Assembly: GCF_009914755.1 (NCBI RefSeq)
Contig: NC_060932.1
Strand: one strand, 5' to 3'
From: the human T2T-CHM13v2.0 reference genome, Homo sapiens
DNA: 64,000 nucleotides
The notes beneath the pieces were generated by a model, which searched no databases, was not told where the DNA came from, and worked only from the letters and a program-made list of their open reading frames with translations. The position numbers and the translations under genes are program-made. This document shows positions 1 through 12,920 of the stretch, piece after piece (positions within the stretch are counted from its first letter, which is position 1; each line of letters starts with the position of its first letter).

Positions 1-418
1 CTATATCATAAGATTTTGGGAAATAAATTGTTTTCTATCCCCAGAACATCAATAGTCTTTGCTTTTAAAACATGAACTACTTATTTTATTTTATTTTATT
101 TTATTTTTTTACCTTTCTCTCACAAATTATACCTGTGTTGTAGCAATGTATGTTTTCAGTCTCTAGGATTGGAACAGTTATCCAGATTATATAAGAAAGG
201 AATTTCAAATATTGTATGCTTAAAAAATGAGCCAATAGTACTTAATATTTTGGCATTAGGACAAGATACACATTAATAAAAACATTGCATGGTTTCTTTG
301 CAGAAGTTTTGATGAGTGATCAGGAAAATGAACAAATCTACATGTGCATACTTGAACTATTTCCTTAGGCATTTGTTTTCATCAGGTGAAGATGAAATGC
401 CTCTTGCTTAAAGAATCA

Positions 419-740
<322 letters not shown>

Positions 741-2717
741 ATAAGGTTTACAAGCACTTAATACAAATCATTCGTTAAAAATAAAAATAAAAATCAGAAT
801 GGAAAACACAATATTGGGATGCTTTGGGAAAAAGATGACTGACAAGATGTTACTGAGCTAGAGAGACATAGACCTTCCCTTTTTTCCAAGGCCCCAGTAT
901 CTGGATGAAACCAAAATAGTGTGAGGAAGAAAACTGGAGCAAACAGCAGATCAGCAACAATGAAGAATCCAGGAGACAAGTAGAGTGTATTTGGCCCAAG
1001 GCCTTAATATTAGTTTGTGCACTCTGTACACTGCACAAAGGTGTTCATGTGTTACACAGAAATTCAGCACTTGCTCTGCTTGCATGAAGGGTATGGTGGG
1101 CATAGTGCTGGAGTATTGGTGCCTTTTGGCTTTACATGTTGAGAGTTGGCTGATTAATAACATTGTGCAGATGATATGCAATGGGAGAATAAATATATTA
1201 CTTATTTTTAAAATAAAGCTGATTAATGTGGAAGTTAAGATTTATAGTATTTTGGACAACAATGAGAAGTTAAAAAGAAAACCACAAATTATTCTTTATT
1301 GCTTATTTTGATTTTCTTATAATACTTTCTATGTTGCACTTTTCAGTAACATTAATTTTGAAAAAGAGGAGAGATTTTCCAATTAGTGGATGCTTTGAGG
1401 TCAATTTTAGGAAGACTATTTGGCAAATACTTGATAAGGTTATATTTGGTATAGCTTCTTTCTTAGGTGCATCAAAAATTCATGCTTTTAATCCCCATTA
1501 AAACTAATTAGTGTTAATGTGTGTGAACATGCATCTACAGCAGAATAGAATATTAGACTAAAATACTTCATCAATGATTAGTATTCCAAATGCCAGTTAA
1601 ATGGTAGTACAAGCAAATGACATATAGCACAAACTATCTAATTTACATTTTTAATGTGATATGTTTTGCAAAGATATTGAAATAAAATGGAAGGTAGGCT
1701 ATGAATGCCCTGTAATGGAACATTCTTACCTTAGGTCTTGATAGAGTATAGGAGAATAGATATTTTAAGATGAGCATAGTTATAAACAAAAAAAATCAGA
1801 TGAAGGCGTTGACTTAAGTTGGAGAATGTGAAACACTTGAACTGGTAGGTTGCTGTTCTGTTTGACACTGGTAAGAGCATCTGCAGTTCATTGAACTGGA
1901 GGAGAAACATTTATCCATTGGTAAAAGGAGACGAAGGTGAAGGTGGGTGGGCGGCAGGAGTTGGAGTACTGACAAGGGCTCTAATTGCAAGAATTAGATA
2001 GCTTATTGTTAAGGGAAGCAAGATCTTGGCAGTGTTAATGATATTATTCATTTTTTAGATTTTTTTCTTTCATTTTTTGCATAGAGTAGCATTCTTTAGA
2101 ATGCTCTGTTCCTTTATTAACAAGAAGTATTGAAAGAGGATTTTAGTGATCAGTTTCTCGTAAGAGATATGAGCTCAACAGGGGTGACGATAAGTCATAA
2201 ATATATTTCTGAAAGTTTCTATTCCAGTAATGAGAGACACAGTAATAATTTGGTATTGATTAATATCTAGTATAATAAGAGTTTGCATGTGGGAAGCCAT
2301 AGGCTACAGATGTTGATTGGTTTAATTGGTTAATTAAGGTACAAACAGGAATGCTCTACACTCAAGTTATATTTCCTGTGCTGGTAACTAGCTGTAAATG
2401 ATCATAATTAAGACAATGGGATATATAAATTGTTGTTAATGATAATTCTTTACCAAATTTGTATTTAAAATATAAATTCTTGATGAAGTTCTTTCAAATT
2501 ATAGTTTATGAAAAGTAACATTTCTTAGCTTCAAAAGGTCCTCAAGAAATCATCTAGAGCCATTGTTCGCTCCAAAGCAGTTATGTGTGTGATGCTTCAA
2601 TACTGAAGCCTCTTCTGTTGAATCTTAAATGTCTCTGAGAATGTAAAACTTGCTTTGATTTCCATTCTGTCTTCTATTCATTTGCTTTATATCTGGATGG
2701 TGAACGGCCGATGCAGG

Positions 2718-3143
2718 CAGTCATGGGCTGGAGCTGACTCATACCAACTGGGGATAGCTTCCTGGTGGGTTTCCAGGAATCATGTGAGCCAGTTGTTAAA
2801 TACAGCTTTATTAAACATTAACTATATAAACTTATAATTAAATTATATTAAAAACAAAAGTATACATATTTAAAAGTCAACACTTTCTAATGATTTTATT
2901 GCAATATACTGTTATCTCTGCTCTGGGGGTTATTTTACATCTACACGGTACGTATTTTACATACAGTTTGTATGGTGGAAATTCTGTATAACAGAGGATT
3001 ATCTATTGAGTATCTCTTCCCAATTGTACATCCAGTGACATCATATTGGTAGCTAAAATTTTTTTATGAAGTGTTTATATCATAGAAATATCATTCTTAA
3101 GCTCCCCAGGCCAGTTGTTAAATTATTTACTAGCATATCACCA
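2718..3143 (+). mobile_element. MER63-like hAT-Blackjack DNA transposon relic
   Basis: Ends resemble MER63 TIRs (CAGTCATGGGCTGGAGCTG...TTTACTAGCATATCACCA); internal GAGCCAGTTGTTAAA motifs and AT-rich body match the recalled consensus. Confidence 0.75.
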
Positions 3144-3899
3144 GGCAGGGGCTTTCTTCATAAGGCCAGTTTTTTTCCTTGTACCAAATTGGAACTGATT
3201 CATAAGCTTTTAATGTAACTAATTAATGCATGTATAGAAAGTATATTTTATAACCTAAGTGTTTTATTTATTGCTTTGAATACGTCTGTAAAATTGTTTA
3301 AACATAATAGAGAAGTTTTTATTTTCAAAAAATTACAATATTAAATCCTTTGGTTTTAATAATAGCTTTTGGATCTCCCTAAAGTGTTCATGCACATTGC
3401 ATAACTGATTTGTTGGTAACTGATCTGTGGCTAAATGATTCAGAACTGATAATGGGTTATAGGTTGCACTTCTAGGTGAGTGACTAGAATCTAGAATCTC
3501 TCACTATGAGGGAAAGTTATTTCTGCTTAATGAGTGTTGATTAGTTCCCATGAGGAAAGCTGGACTTACTCCAACACCCAGTTCTTCCACCTGTTGGCAT
3601 CATTGGTCCTAATTAGCTTCTTCCACAAGGATGTCAAGTAATCAATGGTGAAATGATTGAAATACCTTTTGACACCCACATCTGGTTCTTCCAGGCTGGG
3701 ATAATCTGCATTTTCCATTGTCCCCACATCAAAATACTAAATATTCTATCTTGAAGAAGGCTTCAGGAAGGTGATTTATTTGTGAGCACACCAAAACTTA
3801 TTTAGCTCATAAAATTTCTTTTCTAATTATTTTAAAAAGCAATCATTGTTACAATGCGGAACAAAATCCTCTTGTGCTTCAAATTCCATTGTATCATTC

Positions 3900-3975
3900 T
3901 TATTTTCATGAGGCAGATATTAATATATTCTCTTTCACAGATGAGAAAACTGAAATGTGGGAAAATTAAGGAGTA
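3900..3975 (-). mobile_element. MIR fragment
   Basis: MIR core TTTCACAGATGAGAAAACTGA. Confidence 0.65.
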
Positions 3976-5699
3976 TGTTGAAATTATATGTTATGCTATT
4001 GCTTAAAGCATGAGAAATGTAGAAATGCAGATAACAAAACTGTGTGTGTGTGATCTTAGATTAGATCTTAGATTTTGGTATTGTGACTGCATTAAAAAAA
4101 AGAGTCACTCTTCTGGGCTTAGGTCAAACCTGTTGTGAAGAGTAATTATTTAAGCAAACAATTTCTTTACATGAAATGTGATTTTAAAAATGTAATCCAG
4201 ATGACTTGAGTAGTAAGAAGAGACACTAACTCTGGGACACGGCTTTTTCTTTTGTTTTGTTTTTGCCATTTCTGTTGGTAGAAGGTAGCTTTCCCTCATT
4301 ATTGACATCTATTTTTGGAATCCCTCAGGAGGAATCCCAATTTATCCTGAAACAAAAGAATGAAATGCAAGCTTTCTGCAGACCAAGTATTTTGCAGTTT
4401 TTGCATGCTCTATTTTCTTCAGCCGATGAACCACTTCTGACAAAGCTTTCTCACTGTCCGGATATAATCTGCTAATACCACTGGGACCTACACTCACAAG
4501 TGTCTTCTTTCTCCGTAAAAGTTTAAGCCACTAATTCTTTTTGATGTCTGTTGGGAAACTCTTCCTTGGCCTTGTAGTATTGTGATTGCCAAAGATTTGA
4601 ATGTGGCAGCCAGACCACTGACAGAGTGTCTTGAATGCAGGGCCAATTAGAGGGAAGTATTAGATGAAGCCACTGAACCATTAGGAGGCTTGCAAAGATC
4701 CCCTAAGAGTCTTTTCATCTACAAGAGAGCTGTGGTTGGAAATACACAGATGGAGTTGTCCTTAGGGATGTGCTCTTCCCGCACGTGGTTCTGTTGAAGC
4801 ATTTCACAAGTAGAAGACAACGTTTTGTAATATTTCACAGAGCCTATGTCATACAGAGGCACATTGGTCATCTATTATTAATATGTTTGTTTGGCTCAAC
4901 CAAAAGTGTCTTTATACACACTTTTTAACTCCTTCCCTACTAATGATACATTTATTAGAGGGCAGAGGTTTTGATTAAAGATATAAGTAATATGATTTTT
5001 ATAGCTCAGTTTTTCTTTCAACACAACACAAAGTGAAGCATATTAATTGTCTTAGTATATTTTCCTTATTGATGAAAAACTGGTTTGGTATTTGCAAAAC
5101 TCTGCATGAATTCTAATTCCAAATTCTTGATTTTTGTCCCACTATATTTAGGAAATAATATTGTTTTCACATTTAGAGGACCACATCAAGGCTAAAAAGA
5201 TAATTGTATTTAAACATATTTTAAGATGTTTAAACTTTGTATTTTTATATTTTTAGTTATCATAAAATTTAATTTGTTTCCAAAATCCTGGTTAATTTTC
5301 ATTCTACCAAATAGAGGTTTAAAATGCTCTTAGGAGAATGGTAGTCAAAGGTCTTATAAAAACAGAAATGTACTTCTTTAGTCAATATGTAGTTTGCTTT
5401 ATATTAAATGAAGAGGTAATCTGGAATGTACATTTGGATTAAGTGTCAGCTGTAATGCCTATGTGCTTTTCATGGCCCAAAAGGAAAGGAAAAACAGTGG
5501 AGAACTGTTATCCTACAGGCATCAGAATTACGCTGATGGGCCATCAGCTGCTCGGCAGCCAAGCATTTCTCCAAGGTGCTCCAGTGAGTACTGCAGGCTG
5601 ACCTCATGGATGTATGGGTGAAGAATCACAACTAGATGACAGGACTAGTATTCTAGGACCAATATTTAATGTGACGTAACTTAATCCAAGTTGGTATAT

Positions 5700-6245
5700 G
5701 ATTATGATAGTAGCCAAAAATCAGATGACATTAGAAATAGGTGGCCCAGATTGAAATAGATGTGACTGAAAACATAGTGTAGTAAACCACTGCAAATTTA
5801 ATACTCTTCATCTGTAGACCTAAGGAATAAAATCGTTGAATATTTTTGGACTTATTTTCCATTCAAGTATAGAGGAAATGGTGTTTTGGGCAGGACCATA
5901 TTACGTATTTATATATGAACTTCGATACATGCAATGATGCCAATTTACAAGAAAGTCCTGAGTACGAAGATCTAAACAGTAATAAACTACAGACAAAAGA
6001 TGAATCAGAAGTGTAATATTTTCTTAAGCTGTAAATATTGGAATGCCTAAATATAGGCTAATTGCTAAATATATGTAGCAATCCACTGAACATTGGTCAG
6101 ATATATTTAAACAAAGGAATATGATAGTTTCATATTTCTAATAGTGAAGTATTTTCGAAACTATACAGTCAAACTTGAAGAGGAAGCTAATTTGGAAATA
6201 GTTCAGAAGGAAAAATGAGGGAATTCATATTGCTTAGCCTAATGG
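5700..6245 (+). mobile_element. Possible highly diverged L3/CR1 fragment
   Basis: Scattered similarity to recalled L3 3' region (e.g. TGGTCAGATATATTT, TGCTTAGCCT); weak. Confidence 0.3.
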
Positions 6246-8269
6246 TGGATTATTTGCCTCCTAAGGAGCTGTCTCAGAATGTTGAAAGGAATATATTCCC
6301 CGCTGGCCACCTGCTTCTGCCCTGTTTTCTCCATTCCTGGTGTTATTGTCCCACTTTGCATGTTCTGACCCACCCCAATTCCTGAGCCAATATTGACAGA
6401 GTCAAGACAGTGTGTATATTATCTTCAGCTCTTCAGTTGGTATCCATTAAAACATTAATTAAATCAAATACTTAAACTTCTCTTTTTTAGAAGTGGGAAG
6501 AATAACAAGGTAACGATATTGTAAGTGGCTGACTAGAGAAACTTGGGCACCTTCCTTATTACTCCTTCCCCACTTGGTTCTCAAGCTTCCTTAGTGGTTC
6601 CCAAGTCTTGGTACCTGCTAACTGGTGATTCTACCCTATGTTATTGGTCTGGGCCTATGGATATAATAAGATGCAGTTGGAGTTTACTTGGCACTGAAGT
6701 TAGCTACAGCTACTGCTTATGCTCTATGTCAAGCTCTTACTACTGAGAAAGATACAAGCACAGAGGCTTCTATTCCAATTTTTATGATACAGCATCCTCA
6801 CCCTGCAGGACCCTAGCTGCAGCTTGATCTGTCCAGCTGTCCATTGTGATGGTAAAATTACAACATCACGGTGCATGTGCCACTGCTCCTGGGACTGTAG
6901 CCTGGCTGCGTCACACCATGAATCTTTCTCACTAGCCACATGTTTTGTGAATGTGACACTCTCATGAAGACTCTTGGAGGTCACCTAGAGCAATGTTTTA
7001 TGATCTGACCTTTTCCACCCATATGGCTGAGAAAGGAGCCATGTGATATTTCCAACATGGCCACTTTCTTGACCTAAGAAAAGAGTGATATCAGAAGCAT
7101 ACAGCTCATGGCAGCACATCATGGATGAAACAGGTACATAAAAGGTGCCATTACAGAAAAGGAGTTTGGCATTAATTTTAAGTCAGTGTATAAGTGATGT
7201 ATTCTTAACTGTCTACTGCCCAAATCATTATTTAAAACTGCTACCTCGGGCTTGAGAGTACACGTATCCTTCTTTCTACTACTTCTTTGCTTTTCTCTTC
7301 ATCGTAAAGCCATGAAAGTGACTATTCTATAATTAATCTCTTCTACAAACTGCCAGGCATAATCAAATTCTGTAAACACTTTTGTCTAAACAAGATGTGT
7401 TGTGATGCTTATGGAAGAATATTTGGGAAATTATTTCTTTGAAGATCTGTAGAATAGAGTAGATTGGGGAAACTTTTGTCCAAAAAGGTAGATACAGCCA
7501 TTATTGGAGGCAAAGAAATAAACTGAGCAGCTTTCAGTAAACATCTATAGACACGTAATTGGTACATGGCATTGGCAAAACAAACATTTTTAATATTTAT
7601 ACATTTTAACATAAATTTAAAATAATGTAACTTTATTTAAATATAAAAGTAAATCTATTTTGTATTTTATTTGTGTCTTCAAGCCTATTCCCTTCTTTAT
7701 TCACACTTAAATTTTTAACACTCTGAAGTAGAATCGCTGGAAAGCTCTGCATGGTGAAAACTTTTTGGCTGTATTTTTATAGTACACATTTTTATACAAA
7801 GATGTGGCATTAACACTGTAACCGGGTGACTTCAGATTTTTGGACACAAGGAAATTTAAAACAATTCAATACTTTTAACCTTTGTGTGTGGTGTCTTTCC
7901 AGTTTAGTTTGAGATTTTTAAGTATCTGAAAGTTAGTGGCCTCAATATGGTGTGATTCCTGCATTTATCACATAAGGCCACAGTGCCAATGAACAGTACC
8001 CTGGGGACCTATTTTTCAGAATTTTCCATGGCCCACAAAACTAATTTAAATTGAGTTCTCCTTTGCTTTAAAGGGAATTTGGTCTCTTCACCCTCCTTCT
8101 CTCCTTACTGTGTCCCTCTGTTCACTCTTCTCTGTCCTATGTTTGGGTCCTAGAAAGTCTCCTCTTGGACTCCTCAGAGGGGAGAAATAAGGGGACACCA
8201 AGCAAGGAGCCCTGGACCCCTCTCCTGGCCTTACTCCATAGGAAATGAAGGCTCAGAGGATTTTGAGTG

Positions 8270-8367
8270 AAATAAATAAGATTCTATGTTTTATAAAACA
8301 CTGGAGTCTAAATAAGACTTAATTTGGGAAAGGAGTTATACTACTGAAAACAATCATAAAACCACTA
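8270..8367 (+). mobile_element. MER103-like hAT-Charlie 3' end
   Basis: TGTTTTATA...AAGACTTAATTTGGGAAAGGAGTT...AAAACCACTA followed by CTTTAGAG, a Charlie-type target. Confidence 0.4.
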
Positions 8368-8664
8368 CTTTAGAGTGTGACATGAAATAGTTCGAGATTT
8401 ATGTAACCTTGGTAGGAATTACCATATTAAAATAAATTAAGATTTCTCTCTTCATATGCATGCCTTCTTATTAAATGATGTCAAACCCCTTTTAGTAATA
8501 TACACATATGAAAGAAAAACGATTATTTTAAATAGATATTATCAAAATTTCAGACATATTCGAGGGAAACGTAGCATGAGTTAGTTTTACATACTATGTA
8601 ATTTAAAGGAAATCTTGAGAAATTGTAACATATGTCTCATGTAATAGTTGTAGTTGGCTCCATC

Positions 8665-9146
8665 TGAGTCAGGAGGCGGGACTCGACTCTGGAGGCGGGG
8701 CTCAGACACCAGACAAGGTTGAGGACTAGCTAAAACAGGGAAGAGGGAGAAGCGCCTCTTCCTAAGACAAGCTCACCAGTGTGCCAGGTCAGTTTACTGC
8801 TGCCATGGCAACACCCGGAAGTTACTGCCCCTTTCTGTGGCAGTGACCCGACAACTCAAAGGTTACCACCCCTTTTCTAGAAATGTCTGCACAATCCACC
8901 CTTTAATTTGTATATAATTAAAAGCAGGTATAAATATGGCTGCAGAACTGCCTTTGAGCTGCTCCTCTGGGCACACTGCCTATGGGGTAACCCTGCTCTG
9001 CAAGGAGCAGGATCTCTGCTGCTGCTGTGCATTGCCACTTCAGTAAATGTTGCTAAGACCACTGGCTTGCCCTTGAATTATTCCCTGGGTGAACCCAAAA
9101 CCTGCCAGGCTAAGCCCCAGTTATGGGGCGCATCTGCCCTGCATCA
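8665..9146 (+). mobile_element. ERV1 solo LTR, LTR19A/MER41-group
   Basis: TG...CA termini; perfect 4-bp TSD CATC (8661-8664, 9147-9150); TATAAAT near 8929; MER41-group 3' end GGCTAAGCCCCA...CCTGCATCA. Confidence 0.88.
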
Positions 9147-9649
9147 CATCCATCATTGCTGTAGTACAGTAATTACATTTCAAACATGTTTGCATGATAT
9201 CATATTACTTTCAAAAACATAATAATTCTGGTTTCTGAGTTATAACAAAATATAAATAGAATTCTCTTATTGTGTTCCACAGTGACAATTTTGGAGCATG
9301 TAGATATGATTCAGAATTGAAGCAATAGAACAGATCATTCAATTTGATTTTCCTGCAAAACATTTTTCCTTATACAGAAAACTTGCCAGTTTGTTTCCTT
9401 TTTAATAGATTACTAAGTCAGTGAAACATGGTAAAATTTCAGTGTTTTTAGGTTAAATATCTGCAGTTTCTTATGTTTCCCTTAATTATTTGTTATGATT
9501 CTCTTGGCAGATAACATGTGACATTAATACATTTAATATTATAAGGTGGTTGTCTTCTCTACACTATTATTTCATGCTAATGTTCCACATTGCTTTACTT
9601 TTTAGTTAACCTTTTACTATTCATATATATTTTTCTTCTATTTGAAGGA

Positions 9650-9745
9650 TAGAAAGGGTCCTGCCTTACTTGCTTTTGTATTCCCCACAGTGCTTGTGTC
9701 CTGATATACACCTAACAGTTGTTCAATAGGTATTCACTGACTTCT
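9650..9745 (+). mobile_element. L2 3' end fragment
   Basis: TTGTATTCCCCACAGTGCTT...GTTCAATAGGTATTCACTGA. Confidence 0.55.
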
Positions 9746-9776
9746 TGGTAAATGAGTTATTATGTTTCCTACACCA

Positions 9777-10560
9777 TCAGGATGATTTTGGTCATAGGAA
9801 GCAGAGAATTCAGGAAAAAATTGCTTAAACTTGTGCTACTGAAAGTATGTCCCATAGATTGTTGGTCAGAATACAAACTGTTTATTTCTGATCTGCAAGT
9901 AGCCAAGTAATTAAGAGCATGCATTTAGAAACATTTATAGCAACTTTAATGTATCATGACATCCAGTGGCTGGTCATTTATTCTAGGAATTTGTTTTTAT
10001 TGTATTTTACAATAGTTTTTGTCCTCAACTGATTGAAAATTTTAAAAAATCTAATTTCTTAACTACAGGGTGTTTAAGAAGCACAGATTTAGACAATGGG
10101 TATTTATTAATAACAAATCTCATATAGTAAGAAATCAAGGAAGAAATAGTTGCTGGGTTGGGATTCAATAATGTTCAACAGTGGTAGGGCTCCCAGTTGA
10201 TGTTTCTCAGGTTCCCTTGGTCTTCCAGCTTAGCTACAATATGCCGTCAGCAGTTACAAGCCTCATGCTTCCACATGAAAATACTCAACTGGAGAAGGAA
10301 GAGGACAGATGCAGAACAGCCTCTTCTCTCTCACAGCTCTCTTTTTGTCTGGAGAGAAAGACTGTCCATATCTAGAAGACTGTTCATACTTCTTTCCATA
10401 TCTAATTGACCAGAATTGGGTCCCTGTCTTCCCCTGGATCAATCCCTGTAAAATGGTCATGGCTTAGTCCAGTGTGATCTATCCTCTGGGGGGACACCTA
10501 GCTGCATGACCAGAGTCAGGGATCTCTCAGCAAGAAGGACTGGAGAATGGCTGTTCTGCA
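9777..10560 (-). mobile_element. MLT1 (K/L-like) MaLR LTR, split by a Charlie element
   Basis: TCAGGATGATTTTGGT...GCTTAAAC, resuming CAATGGGTATTTATT...TCTCATATAGTAAGAAATC, and ATTGACCAGAATTGGGTC. Confidence 0.7.
9831..10086 (-). mobile_element. hAT-Charlie MITE (Charlie10-like) nested in MLT1
   Basis: TIR-like ends TGTGCTACTGAAAGT / GTTTAAGAAGCACAG; degenerate 8-bp TSD GCTTAAAC / ATTTAGAC. Confidence 0.65.
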
Positions 10561-10633
10561 AATTTCTCCAAAGACCTAAAATTATCAGAAATTGACATCA
10601 CCACTGACAATATTTCAATAAGTGGGAAGGTAT

Positions 10634-10863
10634 AAAAATAGCTCAAGTTTTATGCAATACCTGTTATGTTAGGTATTGTGCATAACTCTTCATATTTTGT
10701 AAAGCTTCCCTCCACACAGTCAGTATTATCCCTCTTTTATAGATAGGGAAAAGGAGACATCAGTTAAGTGTTTCACCCAAGGTCACATTGCTGGCCGATA
10801 AACAGAGCTGAGATTCCAACCTAACACCATGAATGTCTATACCCAGGTTCTCTCTACTGCTAC
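10634..10863 (-). mobile_element. MIR
   Basis: TATTATCCCTCTTTTATAGATAGGGAAA...CCCAAGGTCACA...AGAGCTGAGATTCCAACC. Confidence 0.8.
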
Positions 10864-12141
10864 AAAGGCTATTTTTGTATGGTTCTGGTTGGGTAGCTTG
10901 TATATGCATAATACTACAAATCTGGGAAGGCCTGACCAGGGATACTAGCTTGAGAAAAGGGCTCTCTAAATAGGCAACATAAACTCTCTTAACATTTCTA
11001 AGTACAGTTATTGCATTTCTGGTACGTGGGACTTTTTCCTTTAGCTCACTAAAATGTGACCCTCTCTGTTGCTGTCTGAAATACATCTTCCTGTACAACA
11101 TCTGTCCCTGTCATTGCTGTTCCAGATGTCACAGGACCCTGCTGTTGTCTTGAGTTTGGATGTAATGTGCGGGAGATGTATTCTTTGTAATTCTGGAATC
11201 TAGAAGAACATTGCTCAATAAAACCCATGTGCATGGTGGATAAGTATTGCTTGCAACTTTACTAATACTTTATGGCCATGCTATATATCAATAGCACTGT
11301 GCCTTAGCTAGGCTTTCCTGGGCTATGAAAAAACATTTTTAACCCCAGAGAGTGCCAAACAACCAACTTTCAAACACTTCTTTGCAACACAGCTCTTTGA
11401 TAAGCTGAAAATTGCCCAGTTTATGGAATTCTTTCTTGATCTTATACTTCCTCATATTCCAATTCCCTAGAAAATTGCTTTTGAGAAAGAGTAGACAGTA
11501 TATCTCTGGAGTCGCCCATTATTTTTTTTACTCCACTGCTGAGCTAGGTATACAATCCTGATTATCTTTGACTATGTTCCTTTCTGTGGGTGCTAGTCTA
11601 TTCTAGCTAATACAGGGTGCATAGCAAATTTTAAAAGGCTATGAAAATAAGCTTGGGGACACTTGTCTTCAGTGTTCAAATACGTAGATTTTATTATCAC
11701 ATTTCTGAAAATGTATTACTTATTAAACTATGTGGATCCACCTTAAGGTATGTTTTTCCTTTCACAGTCCTATATTGTTAATGATACTCAATTGTGAGTT
11801 ACTTTAGGTCAGCAACTTTGACTTGTGTGGCATTTGATAATGCTCATTAATGTTGCTGACATTGTCTTTGGATGGAAAACCTCAGCATGCATATAATGCA
11901 TAATTTCACGAGATTCACTGTTTTATAGGAAGCCATAAAAACAAAACATGGGGTATAATAAGTCTATCTATTCTCTAAAAATTTCCATGTACTTTCCTTT
12001 AAGTATAAAAAAGTAATTTATGTTAAAGTACGAACAATGAAAACAATTTACTTAATTTATCTTTCTTTAGCTAATGCGGAGGTCCTTATTATTATTATTA
12101 TTATTTTATTTTTCCATTGTTTTGTAACTCAGATCACAGAG

Positions 12142-12439
12142 TTTTGTTTGTTTGTTCTGAGAGAGGGTCTCACTCTGTCAGCACTGGAGTGCAGTGGTAT
12201 GATCACAGCTCACTGCAGCCTCGAACTCCTGGGCTCAAGTGATCCTCCCACCTCAGTCTCCTGAGTAGCTGGTATCACAGTCATGTGTGACCACAACCAA
12301 CAAAGTTTTAAAATTTTCTTGTAGAGATAGGGTCTTGCCATGTTGCCCAGGCTGGTCATGAACTACTTGGCTCAAGCAGTCATCCTTCCTTGGCCTCTCA
12401 AAGTGCTGGGATTACAGTCATGAGCCCCTGGGCCCAGCC
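12142..12439 (-). mobile_element. AluJ
   Basis: Reverse Alu with AluJ diagnostics (CACAGCTCACTGCAGCCTCGAACTCCTGGGCTCAAG). Confidence 0.93.
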
Positions 12440-12479
12440 CATATTATAGGCTTTGTACTTTCAGCTCATATGCAATGTG

Positions 12480-12920
12480 TTTTTTTAATTAAATTTTAAA
12501 CTATAAATTTAAAAATTATAGTTGTATATATTTATGAAGAAAAAAGTTATAATTTATGAGAACTATGTGGAATAATTAAATCGAATTAATGCATATATCA
12601 CCTCAAATATTTATTTTTTGTGATGAAAACATTTTTACTCTCAGCAATTTTGAAATGTATAATACATTATTATTTACTGTGTTCACCACGTTGTGCAATA
12701 TATCACAAAGAAAAAAAACCTTATCCTGCCTTTCTAATTGGCTTTATACTCTTTGACAATCATCTCCTCATTACTCCTGCCAATCTCCAACCTATGGTAG
12801 CCAGCATTTCACTCTGTGATTCTTTGAGTTCAATTATTGTAGATTCCACATGTAAGTGCGAGCATGTGGCATTTGCGTTTCTGTGCCTAGCTCATTTCAC
12901 TTAGCATAATGCCTTCCAGT
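12480..12920 (-). mobile_element. L1MA 3' end fragment
   Basis: ATATCACCTCAAATATTT...GATTCCACATGTAAGTG...ATTTCACTTAGCATAATG. Confidence 0.85.

Noticed and set aside
4257-4870. Complex unique sequence with a CACGTG E-box, considered as an exon
   Set aside because: No convincing reading frame with paired splice sites; single E-boxes recur several times in the window
6520-7140. GC-richer stretch possibly an ancient LTR
   Set aside because: Could not match termini or family from sequence alone
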